Of a DNA stretch of 64,000 bases, positions 11,101 through 19,411 are shown piece after piece; within the stretch, counting starts at the first letter, position 1, and every line of letters starts with the position of its first letter. The notes below the pieces were generated by a model. That model had not been told where the DNA came from. It made no database searches and worked only from the letters and a program-made list of their open reading frames with translations. This DNA comes from Candidatus Multivoradales bacterium. Lineage in GTDB: Bacteria > Acidobacteriota > Thermoanaerobaculia > Multivoradales > J023. Made by a program: the position numbers and the translations under genes. The DNA lies in the NCBI GenBank assembly GCA_965248925.1, contig CBDFLE010000004.1, positions 128,001 through 192,000 on the forward strand, read 5' to 3'.

Positions 11101-14100
11101 GGTCTCAAGGGCAGTGCCTGGGTGCGCCTTGATCTCGACGGCGCGGTGGTTCCGCTAATCGTCCAGTTGGAGCCCAGCGGTAGCATCGTGGGTCGGGTGT
11201 TGGCGGTAGATGGAGCCACCCCGGTGGCGGGGGCAATTATAGCCTTGGGCCAGGATCTCGCCGCTTATACCGCTGCCGATGGCACTTTCCTACTCGATGC
11301 GCTAAGCCTGGATTCCTACGATTTGACAGTCCAGGATAGCGAAGGTAGCGGCCGCGCCCGGCGCGAGGTGCAGTTGAACGCCGACGGCCAGCAGGTCGAT
11401 CTTGGCGATCTGGTGCTCGACGCCGCCGACCCGCAGGTGCTGTCGGTGACGCCAGCGAGCGGCGCTCGTGATGTGCCGCGGACCGTCGTTCTGGAAGTCG
11501 AGTTCAGCGAGCCGATGGACGGTCCGCGCAGCCAGTCGGCTTTCGTGCTGACCACCCTGAGTGGTGGCAACCGAGCCTTGACTGTCGCCTGGTCGGCAGA
11601 CGGCCAGCGAGCCCTGCTAACCCCTTACTCACAACTCACCAACGACACCGGGTTCCACTTCCAGGTGCGAAACACCGCGGTCGACCTCGCCGGCCGGACG
11701 ATTCCTAACGCCATTCAGACCACGTTCTTTTCGCAAGACGATGTGCTACCGGTGGTGATCGAGCTGCTTCCCGCCGACGGTGCGGTGGAAGTGCCGGTCG
11801 ACAGCCAGATTTCGATCGAATTCTCCGAACCGGTGGTACTCGAATCTCTGTCCGGCAGTGCCCTGCAGCTAGTCGACGAAACCACCGGCGGCGGCGTGAC
11901 GACCACCTTCTTGCTACGCGAAGGCGAGCGCCAGGTGCTGTTGCAACCCACGGTCGATCTTCTGAGCGACCATCGCTATCGCTTGACCGTCCAGGGGGTG
12001 ATGGATAACTCCGGCAACACCTTGCAAGGGACCGTGTCGACCACCTTCTGGACTCCGGACACCACGCCACCGGCGATTACTTGGCTGGAGCCGGCGGCCA
12101 ACGCGGCGGTGAGTTCGGGTGATGCCCTCGAAGTGCGGGCCGAGATCACCGATCTGCGTGGGGTGGCGAGTGTCACTTTCACCCTCGGCGAGTGGAGTTC
12201 CAGCTTTACGGCTCCGCCCTATGAGTGGTCACTGTTCGTGCCGCCAGTGTTTGGCGCCGAGGTGCTGGAAATCGTTGCTGAAGCTACCGATGTGTTCGGC
12301 AATATCACCAGCTCGTTGCGCACTCTCCAGGTCACGCCGCAGATCAACGGCCAGGCGCCGCAGCTCGATTTGGCCTGCTTGGTGGAAGGCGATTTCGTTG
12401 CCCCGGGGCTAGAGGTTCCCTTCGCTCTGACGGTGACCGACGATCTGTCGATCGAGAGCTATAGCTTCTTTGTCGATGGCCAGCAGGTCGAGCGGCGGAC
12501 GCCGATCGATCTGCCCGAGGTCAGCGGGACTTTCTTGTGGACCCCGCCGGCCGCTGCGGTGGCGGGAGATCTCTTCCAGCTGCGTTTCACGGCTCGCGAC
12601 TATGCTGGCAATGTCACGGCGGAAGAGTTCAGCGTGCAGGTGCCAGCCGGCCAGATTTTGACCGGTACTCAGATCGTGGATGCGAGTTGGAACGGGGTCG
12701 ATCTGGTATTGGCGGCGGGTGAGATGACCGTCACCGGCACCGTCGAACCGGCCTCCTTGAAGATCTTGCACGGTGCCCAGCTGTCGCATGCCGACAGCTG
12801 CGTCTATTCCAGCTGGCTGGCCACCTTGGGGCCGTGGCCGAGCGGTGATACGCGGGTGCAATGCGGCGCGGTGGTGAACCTCTGCCGCTTGCAGGGTGAA
12901 AACCTGTGGCTGGGACCTGGCGCCCAGGCTGAGCTGCACACCTTGAAGGCTGCTGCCGTGGCCGAGATCAGGCCGCGGGCTGAAGTGAGCGCGGATTGGG
13001 TCGGTAGCGACCAGCTGCGTCAGTACGGCGAGCTGGCTACGGTGCAGGTAATCGTGCCCAATATTTCGCTGCGTCCGGGCTCGGTGACCCGCGCCAAATC
13101 CAGCACTCTCTATCTGGTTGGGCTGACGACTTTCGAGGTCGACGGTGGAGCCCGGATTGATGGCACCGGCGCTGGCTACCGTGGCGATGAAATCAACGGC
13201 GGTCCCGGCACGGTAGCCGGGATGCGGCCCGCTGGCCGCCAGGTCGGTGGCTCGCACGGCGGCTACTCGAGCTACGGTGAACGCCTCGAATTGGGTGAGA
13301 TCTACGGCAGTGTCTACAACCCCTGGCAGGCTGGCGCGGCGGGCGGCTCGGCCCAGGGAACTGGCGATGGCGAGCCTGGCGGAGCCGTGGTGTGGTTGCT
13401 CGCGGATCAGCTTCGGCTCGACGGCGAGCTGCTGGCCAACGGCGCTTCCCATGCGGAATATGGCTATGGCACCGGTGGCGCCGGGGGCAGCATCAACATC
13501 CAGGCCAACCTGCTGGCCGGTTCCGGGCGCATCGAGGCCGCCGGCGGCGAGGGCTATCGCCCTTCTTGTTGGCATCTCGACTTCCTGCAGATCTCAGGCG
13601 GCGGCGGTGGTGGCCGGGTGGCGCTGCATGTTGCCGACCAGAGTGCCTTCGATGCGCTGACCCAGGTGTCGGTGGCTGGAGGGCAGAGGCGTTGCTTAGG
13701 TGTCGTCGAGAGCATCGCCGGACCTGGCTCGCTGTACATCAACGATGCGCAGTCGACCTACGGCACCCTCTACGCCGCCGGTGGCGACCCGGCCTCTGTT
13801 GATCTGCGGAGCGGCCCCAACACGGGGTTGCCGCAGCTGGTCGCGGGCTCGGTCACTGCGACCGAGGTCAGTGGTGCCGATCTCTGGGTCACGGCCGAAC
13901 AGCCCTTGCTCGGACGTTGGTTTGGCGCCTGGATGGTGCTCTTCGATGCCGCCGGCAACGAATTGGGTACCTTCAACGTGTTGAGCATGGATTGGGCCGG
14001 CCGTGGACTGCTGAGTGGCGCGGCGGCGGTTGCCAATCAAGCGGCGAGCTATGCCGGTGAGTACCTATTCGATGCCGTCCATGTGCTGCCGGGAGCGGCT

Positions 14101-17100
14101 TTGGAGGTCCTGCCCAGCCAGTTGGGCCGCCGCTCCTTGGCGGTCGTCGGCGATCTCGAGGTGGCCGCCACGGCTCGTCTCGATGTCAGTGCTCGTGGCT
14201 TTGGCGGCGACCTCGGAGATCCGCGGATGGCGCCTGATTTTGTTGCCGGCTCCGAGCCCGATGCGGGCGGTAGCCACGGCGGTGGCGGGCTGGCGGCCAG
14301 TCAGAGTGGCCCGTCGGGGGAGGTCTTCGACAGCGTTTATTGGCCGAAGTTCTCCGGCGGTGGCGGGGCGATCGACCAGGGAAGCCGCTCCGCCGCCGGC
14401 GGCGCCGTGCTGTGGCTCCAGGCCGGCCGCCTGATCCTCGACGGTACTCTGCGAGCCAATGGTGAAGGCGCGGAGTTTGGCGTCAGGGAGTTCGGCGGCG
14501 GTGCCGGCGGCACGGTGCGGGTGGTGGCCGGTGAGTTGCTCGGCGCGGGCGGTATCGACGTCGTGGGTGGCGGCACCACCTGGTCTGGCCTCGGTGGTGG
14601 CGGCCGGGTGGCGCTCGAACTGGGCGCTGCATCATCCTTCGATCCGCTGAGCCAGATCGATCTCAGCGGCGGCATTCCGGGCAGCTCGCTGAGCCACCCC
14701 GCCGCCGCTCCGGGCACCGCCTACGTCTTCGGCGCGGGCTCGGTATACGGTGATCTCTACGTCTTGGGCGGTGCACGGACAACCCTGCTGGAAGTAACCC
14801 CACCGGCGTTGGGCCGGGGTGAGGTCGCGCTGGTGGAAGCCGCTGGCGCCGATCTGTGGATCGAGCCGCGAACCACCGACCCACTGCCGGCGTTGGGGGT
14901 CGATGGGATGTGGCTGCGGATTGCCGGAGTCGACTACCGGGTGGTCGAGCAGAGCGCCGATCGGCGACGGCTGCGGCTCACCGCTGCCGCCGGACTGGTG
15001 ACCGTCGGCGAGTCCTATGCCGGGATCTACAAATTCGACAACCTGATCCTCCGCGGGGGTGCCACGGTGCGTTTCTACGATGAGGTAGAGATCGGCCAGA
15101 TCGATGCCGAGTCGGGTAGCGAAGTGATATTCGCTGACCTCGAACCGCCAACCTTCGGCGTGGTGACCCCTGCCGAAGGAGCGCTCTACTCTGGCGGCGA
15201 TCCGATCTCGGTCACTGCCGAGGTCAGCGATAACCGGCTACTCACCCGAGTGACGGCGACGTTTGCCGGCTTGTCCTATGCGCTCGACGCGGCGCCCTTT
15301 GCTTGGACCCTCAACGCACCCCCGGTGCAGCAGCAGACCGTCATGACTCTGGAAATAGAGGCGGAAGACGGCGAGGGCAATCTGGCCCTGGTGACCCGTC
15401 ACTTGACTATCGAGCCGACCGCCGACCCTTCGGCACCGCAAGTGTTGCCGGCAGGTTGTCCGGCCGCTGGCGACTGGGTGCTGCCGGGTGCCACCCTGTC
15501 AGTGATCTTCGACGCCACCGACGATCAGCAGATCCTGGCCTACGGCTTCAGTGTCGATGGGGTGCGTCAGGCTTGGGTGGAGAATGTGTACCAAGATCAG
15601 GTACGCGCCGAGCTGAGTTGGACGGTGCCGGCGACGGCAGTGGCCGGCGATAGTTTCGTCGTCACCTTCGAGGCTGAAGACCTGGGAGGTCACCAGCAGA
15701 CCGCCAGTGTCACGGTTTCGGTGCCGGCAGTGCCTTACCTGGCTGGCGACCAAGATCTCGACAGCTCGGCTGGTGGTGCCCTGGTTCTCAGCCAGGGGCT
15801 GTTCACGGCGACTGAGCCGCTGGCGGTCGATTCGCTGCGCTTGCTGGCCGGCGCCCGCTTGTCCGTCGCCGCTGAAGAGACTTTGGACCTGCAGGTGTTG
15901 GGCGCGGTGCGAGTGCAGTGTGACGCAGTTTTCGACCTTGGCGGCCGAGGGTACCAAGGTGGCGCCGCGGCCAACGGGTGGGTGGCCGGTGCTCCTTCCT
16001 GGGTCGAGCGTTCTTGGGGCCATTCGGGAGGCAGTCATGGCGGCAGTGGCGAGGTGGTTGCCTCGACCACGATCACTGAGCTGTTCGACAGTGTTTACGC
16101 TCCGACTTTACCCGGCGGTGGAGCTTCACATGTCAATGGCTACATTCATGGCGGGCACGGCGGTGGAGTGCTTCATCTCGATGCCGGCGAGGTGATTCTC
16201 GATGGCTTGATTTCGGTGGCCGGCGAGGATCGCGATCCGGTCTCCTTCTCCAACCACGGCCGCTCGGGGACCGGCGCTGGGGGCTCGGTGTGGATCCGTT
16301 CGCTAAGTCTGAGCGGTGCGGGGTCGATCGATGCCGCGGGGGGGCACTACCTGAATGCTACCGCCTATTACGGTGGAGTGGGCGGTGGTGGTCGAGTCGC
16401 CTTGGAAGTCGATGATGTCAGCGGTTTTGATCTACAAGCGGTGGATGTGGGGGGTGGTTTGCGCACCGATACCGGTGGGGAGGTGACCTGGGTTGGCGAT
16501 CCTGGAACCTTCTTCTTGCGGGACGCTAGCTCGATCTACGGCGAGTTGCTGGCCTCGCGGACCCTGCCGGGATTCGAGCAACGGCTGGTGCTGCCGACCC
16601 TGGCCGGCGATTTGGTGAGTGCCACCGAGGTCGTGGCTGGCGATCTCTGGATCACCGCGCCACAGCCTTTGCGACCGCGCTGGCTGGGTGCCTGGATGGA
16701 ACTCTTCGATGGGGCGAGCGAGTCGCTAGGAGTATTCCAGGTGGTTGACATCGATGCCGCCCAGCGGGTCAGACTGCAAGGCGCGGCGGCGGCCCAACTG
16801 GCGGCTGCTTTCGAGGGCCGCTACCGCTTCGACGCCATCACCCTGGACGTTGACTTGCGTAGTGCCGAGCCGCTCGAAGTGACGCAGGTCGAGGTGATTG
16901 GCGACGTGGTGCTCGACTCGAGCGAGTTGCGCGGCGCCAGCCTGGCGGTGCGCTCGGGGGCGACGCTCAGGACAATCCAGGGCAAGCCGCTCCAGTTGCA
17001 ACTCAGCGGCAGCTTGATCGTCGAGGCTGGCGCGACCATCGATCTCGATGGCACTGGCTATCTCGGGGGCGTCGCATCACCGGACGGAGCCGTCCCGGCG

Positions 17101-19377
17101 GGCATCGATCCAGCTCGCTACAGCGGTGGCGGAAGCCACGGCGGGTTGGGTCTGAAGAGTCCTCATGACTCCGGTTCCGTTGGCGAGATTTACGACAGTG
17201 TCTACGCGCCAATCTACGGTGGCGGTGGCGGCGGTCGCAATGGTTCCTACAATCCCGGCGGCAACGGTGGCGGAGTTCTCCTTGTCGAGGTGGACACGGT
17301 GGTGCTCGATGGCTTGATCACCGCCCGTGGTGAAGGGCGCGATGCTCTGACTTTCTCCAACTATCGCTGGGCCAGTGCTGGTGCCGGCGGCGCAGTGTGG
17401 ATTCGCGCCACGACGCTCAGCGGCAGCGGCTCGATCGATGTCTCGGGTGGCGACTATCGGGCTAGCGATCAATATGGCGGCGGCATCGGTGCGGGTGGCC
17501 GAGTGGCTCTCGAAGTCGCTGATCTGGCGACCTTCGACCTCTCGTCGGTGATGGCCGCCGGGGGCCTGTATTACCGCACCGACGGCACCATCGCTGGGGC
17601 GGCCGAGCCAGGCACCATCTATGTGGCTGACGCCGCGTCGACCTTTGGCGACTTACGGATCCCAACGCCGCCCAGCGGCTGGCCGCAGACACTGGAACTG
17701 CCGCTGTTGGGCAGTGGCACGGTGCTCGCCACCGAGGTCGCAGCAGCGGATCTGTGGGTCGCTGCTGACGCCTCCTTGGCCGCCCGTTGGCGGGGCGCTT
17801 GGATGGAACTCAGCGATCCTGCTGGAATCCTCGATACCTACAGAGTCATTGCTCTCGACAGTGCTGGCCGCGCGCTCTTGCAGGATGCCGCGACAGTTGC
17901 CGCGGCAACTAGCTATCGAGGTGAATATCGCTTCGACAATCTGCACCTGGGCACTGGTTTGCTAAGCGTTGACGAGTTGCTGGCGACTGCGAGCCTCGAG
18001 ATCACTGGCGAGGCTGAGATCAACTTCGATTTCGTCGGCGACGATGTCACCGTTCGTGCGGGTGCGGTGCTGCGCCCGTCGCCGGGCAGAGCGTTGCATC
18101 TATCGCTCACCGGTGCCCTGACCGTAGAGACAGGCGCGACGATCGACCTCGATGGCGCCGGGTACACGGGTGGCGGGACGGTCTACGACGGTGCAGCGCC
18201 GCCGGCTATCGAGCCGGCTCACCTCCGCGCCGGGGGCAGCCATGGTGGGCTGGGTCTGAAGAGCGACGGTAGCGCCTTGGTGGGTGAGATCTACGACAGT
18301 GTCTACGCGCCGAGCTACGGTGGCGGTGGCGGTGGAAGCTACTACAGCAGCAATCCTGGCGGCAGTGGCGGTGGCTCGTTCTATGTCGAGGCCACCACGG
18401 TAGTGCTCGACGGACTGATCACCGCCCGTGGGCAGGGGCGCGACAGCCAGGCTTCCTCCAGCCAGCGCTACGCAGGTGCTGGCGCCGGCGGCGCGGTGTG
18501 GATACGCGCCGCGACCCTCGGTGGCAGCGGTTCGATCGACGTGACGGGTGGCGACTATCGGGCGTACGATCAATACGATGGCGGCCTGGGTGGTGGCGGT
18601 CGGGCGGCGCTCGAGGTCGATGATCTGTCCGGCTTCGACCTGACGGCGGTGACGGCGGCGGAAGGCCTGCGCTACCGCGCCGACGGCAGCGTCGACGCGG
18701 CTGCCGAGCCAGGTACGATCTATGTCACTGACGCGGCATCGACCTATGGTGACCTGCACTTCTCGGTGTCGCCGAGCGGCCTGTCTCCGGTCGTTACCCT
18801 GCCGAGCCTTGGCAGCGGCGGGATTGTCACCATCGAGGTCGAGGGCGGCGACCTCTGGGTGAGTGGCACGGCCCCCTTCCGGGGCCGGTGGCTGGGCGCT
18901 TGGATGGCACTGCAGGACTCGGCCGCGGTCGAGCTCGGTACATTTCGCGTGCTGGAGATCGATCTGGCGGGACGGCTGCTGCTGGGCGGTGGCGGCACGG
19001 TCGGCGGCGTCGCCACTTATCGTGGCGAGTATCGCTTCGACGCCATCGTGATCACCGGCGGCGGCAGTTGGGCGGCTACGGATCCGGTGGTGATTGGCGG
19101 CGGCATTGCAGCGTTGGTGCCGCTCGGCTTGCGGCGTCCAGGGCCGGTACCGCCACTGCTGCCCGACGAGGTTTTGGCCGCGAGGTTGCCGGCGCTGTTG
19201 CTGAGCCCTCTTCGGGGTTTTGCCGAGGATTCGCCACAGCACTTGACGGTGGTGCTTGCCAAGCACCGTTCGCGGCGCCGAGTCGCCGAGATGGTAGCCC
19301 CTGCCGAGACCGAGACCTCTGCCAAAGTCGTGATCCTCGCCGCTTCCCAGACCCTTTCCGGGCCAGCCCTGCGCTGA
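5194..19377 (+). CDS. Giant secreted protein (4727 aa): carboxypeptidase-regulatory-like and Ig-like repeats plus five glycine-rich GGSHGG repeats
   Basis: Uninterrupted ORF. Signal-like N-terminus (WRRAIGFVVLQLTLAHGALG). Repeated GxVxGxV...GxPVxGAxV...TDxxGxF units; SbsA/Big_5-like P.DGA..VP.D..I...FSEP units; five GGSHGG...YDSVYxP...GGGGRVAL units. Confidence 0.9.
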   Translation: MIFSRSCSLSFLSSTVGWRRAIGFVVLQLTLAHGALGQPLGSGELQLAGTRLSVAPAAQTVPFDTPTVVETALDGYDLSLGTLPPDWRVVGDLSGPEIGGVLTLETVPGEPFRIPRLRHEGEYRLSAIRLLEGDRLLAFAEPREVTIRSTQILISRVSSRALTLDELRGFGVVFDDDSFQAFNLTFGFGVDGAVVNYDIPVVVNLYGPGEVAFIPRAGQWAASGGARFVPPQLVPFSFALEQQAEPEPPAGGCLVFDCRVGEPAPPMVGVILFPTDVRLLNQFFTVVLMVQNGAPEADLLRVRDLSARIVLPAGLRQAETQPPTPLGVPVPVRVPGPDGELGTADDITFMVAQATGEAEFLVEGLREGSHVVEFQLEGLLEGLPGGLRRITGSARGAVVVRDPSLGVTISHPEVVRDGEPYPLRLTVANTGNVPVNLLSLELPLSGLSGVELVSSNVETIEELSPGDSATVEFQLIARRTGKVVSSALRSGGAINPRFDLTVGVGEDGIPLSPDTLIMPASTEQLPAELVRSALGLLGLGYSLATAPPQALAGSLPQVSRQSITSRVYSLTQAGRHVALGEELFDALAVLAAEWNGARDQDWDWDLLRRSTARGGETGVQIGAALAAEATLSSPLGMFERFAAATHFLPPQHAVLGIGAGVSVQIESPLSGHVSSRLGGDPQRRREVPFADIFGLGGAEMALLSAPEDTGYRVRLTASASTLADLHLLTRGIDRVLRVRRWTGFNLPPASVAWATLGGAGDALLRIDDDGDGEADRLLPATDSSLAPRPFEVVAAVQNEVVDPSGHVVDVLLSADLDARSLLPRDAARFELSGKVSNGGALPGEQDYGSWLASDQVIENPFAGLHNPRIVRVVFDNPLSPLVDNPLTVRDLLSAVGQPLAEQQRLVETRVTTAGIVVEGTVIGPDGQPVPFAEVSLYERDTPSFALNACQRHRTAAVRADAAGQFRFDYVRDTCGGDFDLVAEDSSGIHRGKVRGKVRFAGATQRLDIVMMGRGRLEGRITYDDGTVPSGLTLVAENAVFGEGRLAHMDPDGSYEVGELVVGTVSVTASDEEGNVVFATIELPHAGSVVELDLTLLRRPEEPRGEVRGTVTAVDGTTPFADAWVALYIGGELIGVERSSADGSFDFGIVPTGVAHIEAFHGGNSESGGQLYFEILADQINSVQIVLRDDRGTVEGHVYRQSLGGLTPVVGAVVWISGSQHNTVTDSTGYYRLDNVFGGSWNVVAADVEAAESTTKSVSVSGTGETFVADLYFTDELPNGGIRGEVLSYDGSPVLGARVHLAGGYESQRWHHEAITDSDGRFLIADLDPGTYGVHAVRGADGRLGFAEIRFQGDAPFITLRFAKGTIRGRTLATNDDGELIGVSSTVVYRTTVTQVGLVGVAFVPSTLVSDAEGWFELPAALIGPYNITVHNAFYGSQAVDGTLVIAGDERFHEIIFEPNGAIRGVVFDIDGETPVAGVTVRLRGGQFQDYDLQTDATGRFAFELVPPGFYWLEAEFQSGAIFRRQRVGARLSRFGEELDIELVLPQQGSVVGRVEDSNGLPVTGAIVTLQEGSFPSRRLVLNTDGAGQLRFDNIFAGHLSLSAQAPSLGGLGGRVTVEITAEGEEVEAVIMLQDTGEISGYLLSPVGGSVVAGAQVSLYSGYSFVDSVTSDGDGAFRFRLLPLKTYHLRALDPASGRHGQSGDLPLTSNGQLIESELTLEGRGVVNGHLFDDLHQIFVAGATVKLSSDAVVRFDTYSSTDIDGRFEFGGIPEGIFRLNSLEPDGFRHAVGAGEIEYEDQIVTVDLVLQPIGVIHGTVLAPPGAPPGLATAVNTRLEQWVQLGFGGPSDIVVDATIANPFTLDGVLTDRFFKVLVDEIGGVRRALLYTRMPTDSTELEVELQLEAAGSVEVSVVDSSGSVNGADVLLSIYTDLKSYDDFSRTGNTGADHQITFDNIRQGWVEARATHPVTGLKGSAWVRLDLDGAVVPLIVQLEPSGSIVGRVLAVDGATPVAGAIIALGQDLAAYTAADGTFLLDALSLDSYDLTVQDSEGSGRARREVQLNADGQQVDLGDLVLDAADPQVLSVTPASGARDVPRTVVLEVEFSEPMDGPRSQSAFVLTTLSGGNRALTVAWSADGQRALLTPYSQLTNDTGFHFQVRNTAVDLAGRTIPNAIQTTFFSQDDVLPVVIELLPADGAVEVPVDSQISIEFSEPVVLESLSGSALQLVDETTGGGVTTTFLLREGERQVLLQPTVDLLSDHRYRLTVQGVMDNSGNTLQGTVSTTFWTPDTTPPAITWLEPAANAAVSSGDALEVRAEITDLRGVASVTFTLGEWSSSFTAPPYEWSLFVPPVFGAEVLEIVAEATDVFGNITSSLRTLQVTPQINGQAPQLDLACLVEGDFVAPGLEVPFALTVTDDLSIESYSFFVDGQQVERRTPIDLPEVSGTFLWTPPAAAVAGDLFQLRFTARDYAGNVTAEEFSVQVPAGQILTGTQIVDASWNGVDLVLAAGEMTVTGTVEPASLKILHGAQLSHADSCVYSSWLATLGPWPSGDTRVQCGAVVNLCRLQGENLWLGPGAQAELHTLKAAAVAEIRPRAEVSADWVGSDQLRQYGELATVQVIVPNISLRPGSVTRAKSSTLYLVGLTTFEVDGGARIDGTGAGYRGDEINGGPGTVAGMRPAGRQVGGSHGGYSSYGERLELGEIYGSVYNPWQAGAAGGSAQGTGDGEPGGAVVWLLADQLRLDGELLANGASHAEYGYGTGGAGGSINIQANLLAGSGRIEAAGGEGYRPSCWHLDFLQISGGGGGGRVALHVADQSAFDALTQVSVAGGQRRCLGVVESIAGPGSLYINDAQSTYGTLYAAGGDPASVDLRSGPNTGLPQLVAGSVTATEVSGADLWVTAEQPLLGRWFGAWMVLFDAAGNELGTFNVLSMDWAGRGLLSGAAAVANQAASYAGEYLFDAVHVLPGAALEVLPSQLGRRSLAVVGDLEVAATARLDVSARGFGGDLGDPRMAPDFVAGSEPDAGGSHGGGGLAASQSGPSGEVFDSVYWPKFSGGGGAIDQGSRSAAGGAVLWLQAGRLILDGTLRANGEGAEFGVREFGGGAGGTVRVVAGELLGAGGIDVVGGGTTWSGLGGGGRVALELGAASSFDPLSQIDLSGGIPGSSLSHPAAAPGTAYVFGAGSVYGDLYVLGGARTTLLEVTPPALGRGEVALVEAAGADLWIEPRTTDPLPALGVDGMWLRIAGVDYRVVEQSADRRRLRLTAAAGLVTVGESYAGIYKFDNLILRGGATVRFYDEVEIGQIDAESGSEVIFADLEPPTFGVVTPAEGALYSGGDPISVTAEVSDNRLLTRVTATFAGLSYALDAAPFAWTLNAPPVQQQTVMTLEIEAEDGEGNLALVTRHLTIEPTADPSAPQVLPAGCPAAGDWVLPGATLSVIFDATDDQQILAYGFSVDGVRQAWVENVYQDQVRAELSWTVPATAVAGDSFVVTFEAEDLGGHQQTASVTVSVPAVPYLAGDQDLDSSAGGALVLSQGLFTATEPLAVDSLRLLAGARLSVAAEETLDLQVLGAVRVQCDAVFDLGGRGYQGGAAANGWVAGAPSWVERSWGHSGGSHGGSGEVVASTTITELFDSVYAPTLPGGGASHVNGYIHGGHGGGVLHLDAGEVILDGLISVAGEDRDPVSFSNHGRSGTGAGGSVWIRSLSLSGAGSIDAAGGHYLNATAYYGGVGGGGRVALEVDDVSGFDLQAVDVGGGLRTDTGGEVTWVGDPGTFFLRDASSIYGELLASRTLPGFEQRLVLPTLAGDLVSATEVVAGDLWITAPQPLRPRWLGAWMELFDGASESLGVFQVVDIDAAQRVRLQGAAAAQLAAAFEGRYRFDAITLDVDLRSAEPLEVTQVEVIGDVVLDSSELRGASLAVRSGATLRTIQGKPLQLQLSGSLIVEAGATIDLDGTGYLGGVASPDGAVPAGIDPARYSGGGSHGGLGLKSPHDSGSVGEIYDSVYAPIYGGGGGGRNGSYNPGGNGGGVLLVEVDTVVLDGLITARGEGRDALTFSNYRWASAGAGGAVWIRATTLSGSGSIDVSGGDYRASDQYGGGIGAGGRVALEVADLATFDLSSVMAAGGLYYRTDGTIAGAAEPGTIYVADAASTFGDLRIPTPPSGWPQTLELPLLGSGTVLATEVAAADLWVAADASLAARWRGAWMELSDPAGILDTYRVIALDSAGRALLQDAATVAAATSYRGEYRFDNLHLGTGLLSVDELLATASLEITGEAEINFDFVGDDVTVRAGAVLRPSPGRALHLSLTGALTVETGATIDLDGAGYTGGGTVYDGAAPPAIEPAHLRAGGSHGGLGLKSDGSALVGEIYDSVYAPSYGGGGGGSYYSSNPGGSGGGSFYVEATTVVLDGLITARGQGRDSQASSSQRYAGAGAGGAVWIRAATLGGSGSIDVTGGDYRAYDQYDGGLGGGGRAALEVDDLSGFDLTAVTAAEGLRYRADGSVDAAAEPGTIYVTDAASTYGDLHFSVSPSGLSPVVTLPSLGSGGIVTIEVEGGDLWVSGTAPFRGRWLGAWMALQDSAAVELGTFRVLEIDLAGRLLLGGGGTVGGVATYRGEYRFDAIVITGGGSWAATDPVVIGGGIAALVPLGLRRPGPVPPLLPDEVLAARLPALLLSPLRGFAEDSPQHLTVVLAKHRSRRRVAEMVAPAETETSAKVVILAASQTLSGPALR

Positions 19378-19411
19378 CCCTTGTTGGCGACTCATAATGA
19401 AGGAATTCCCC

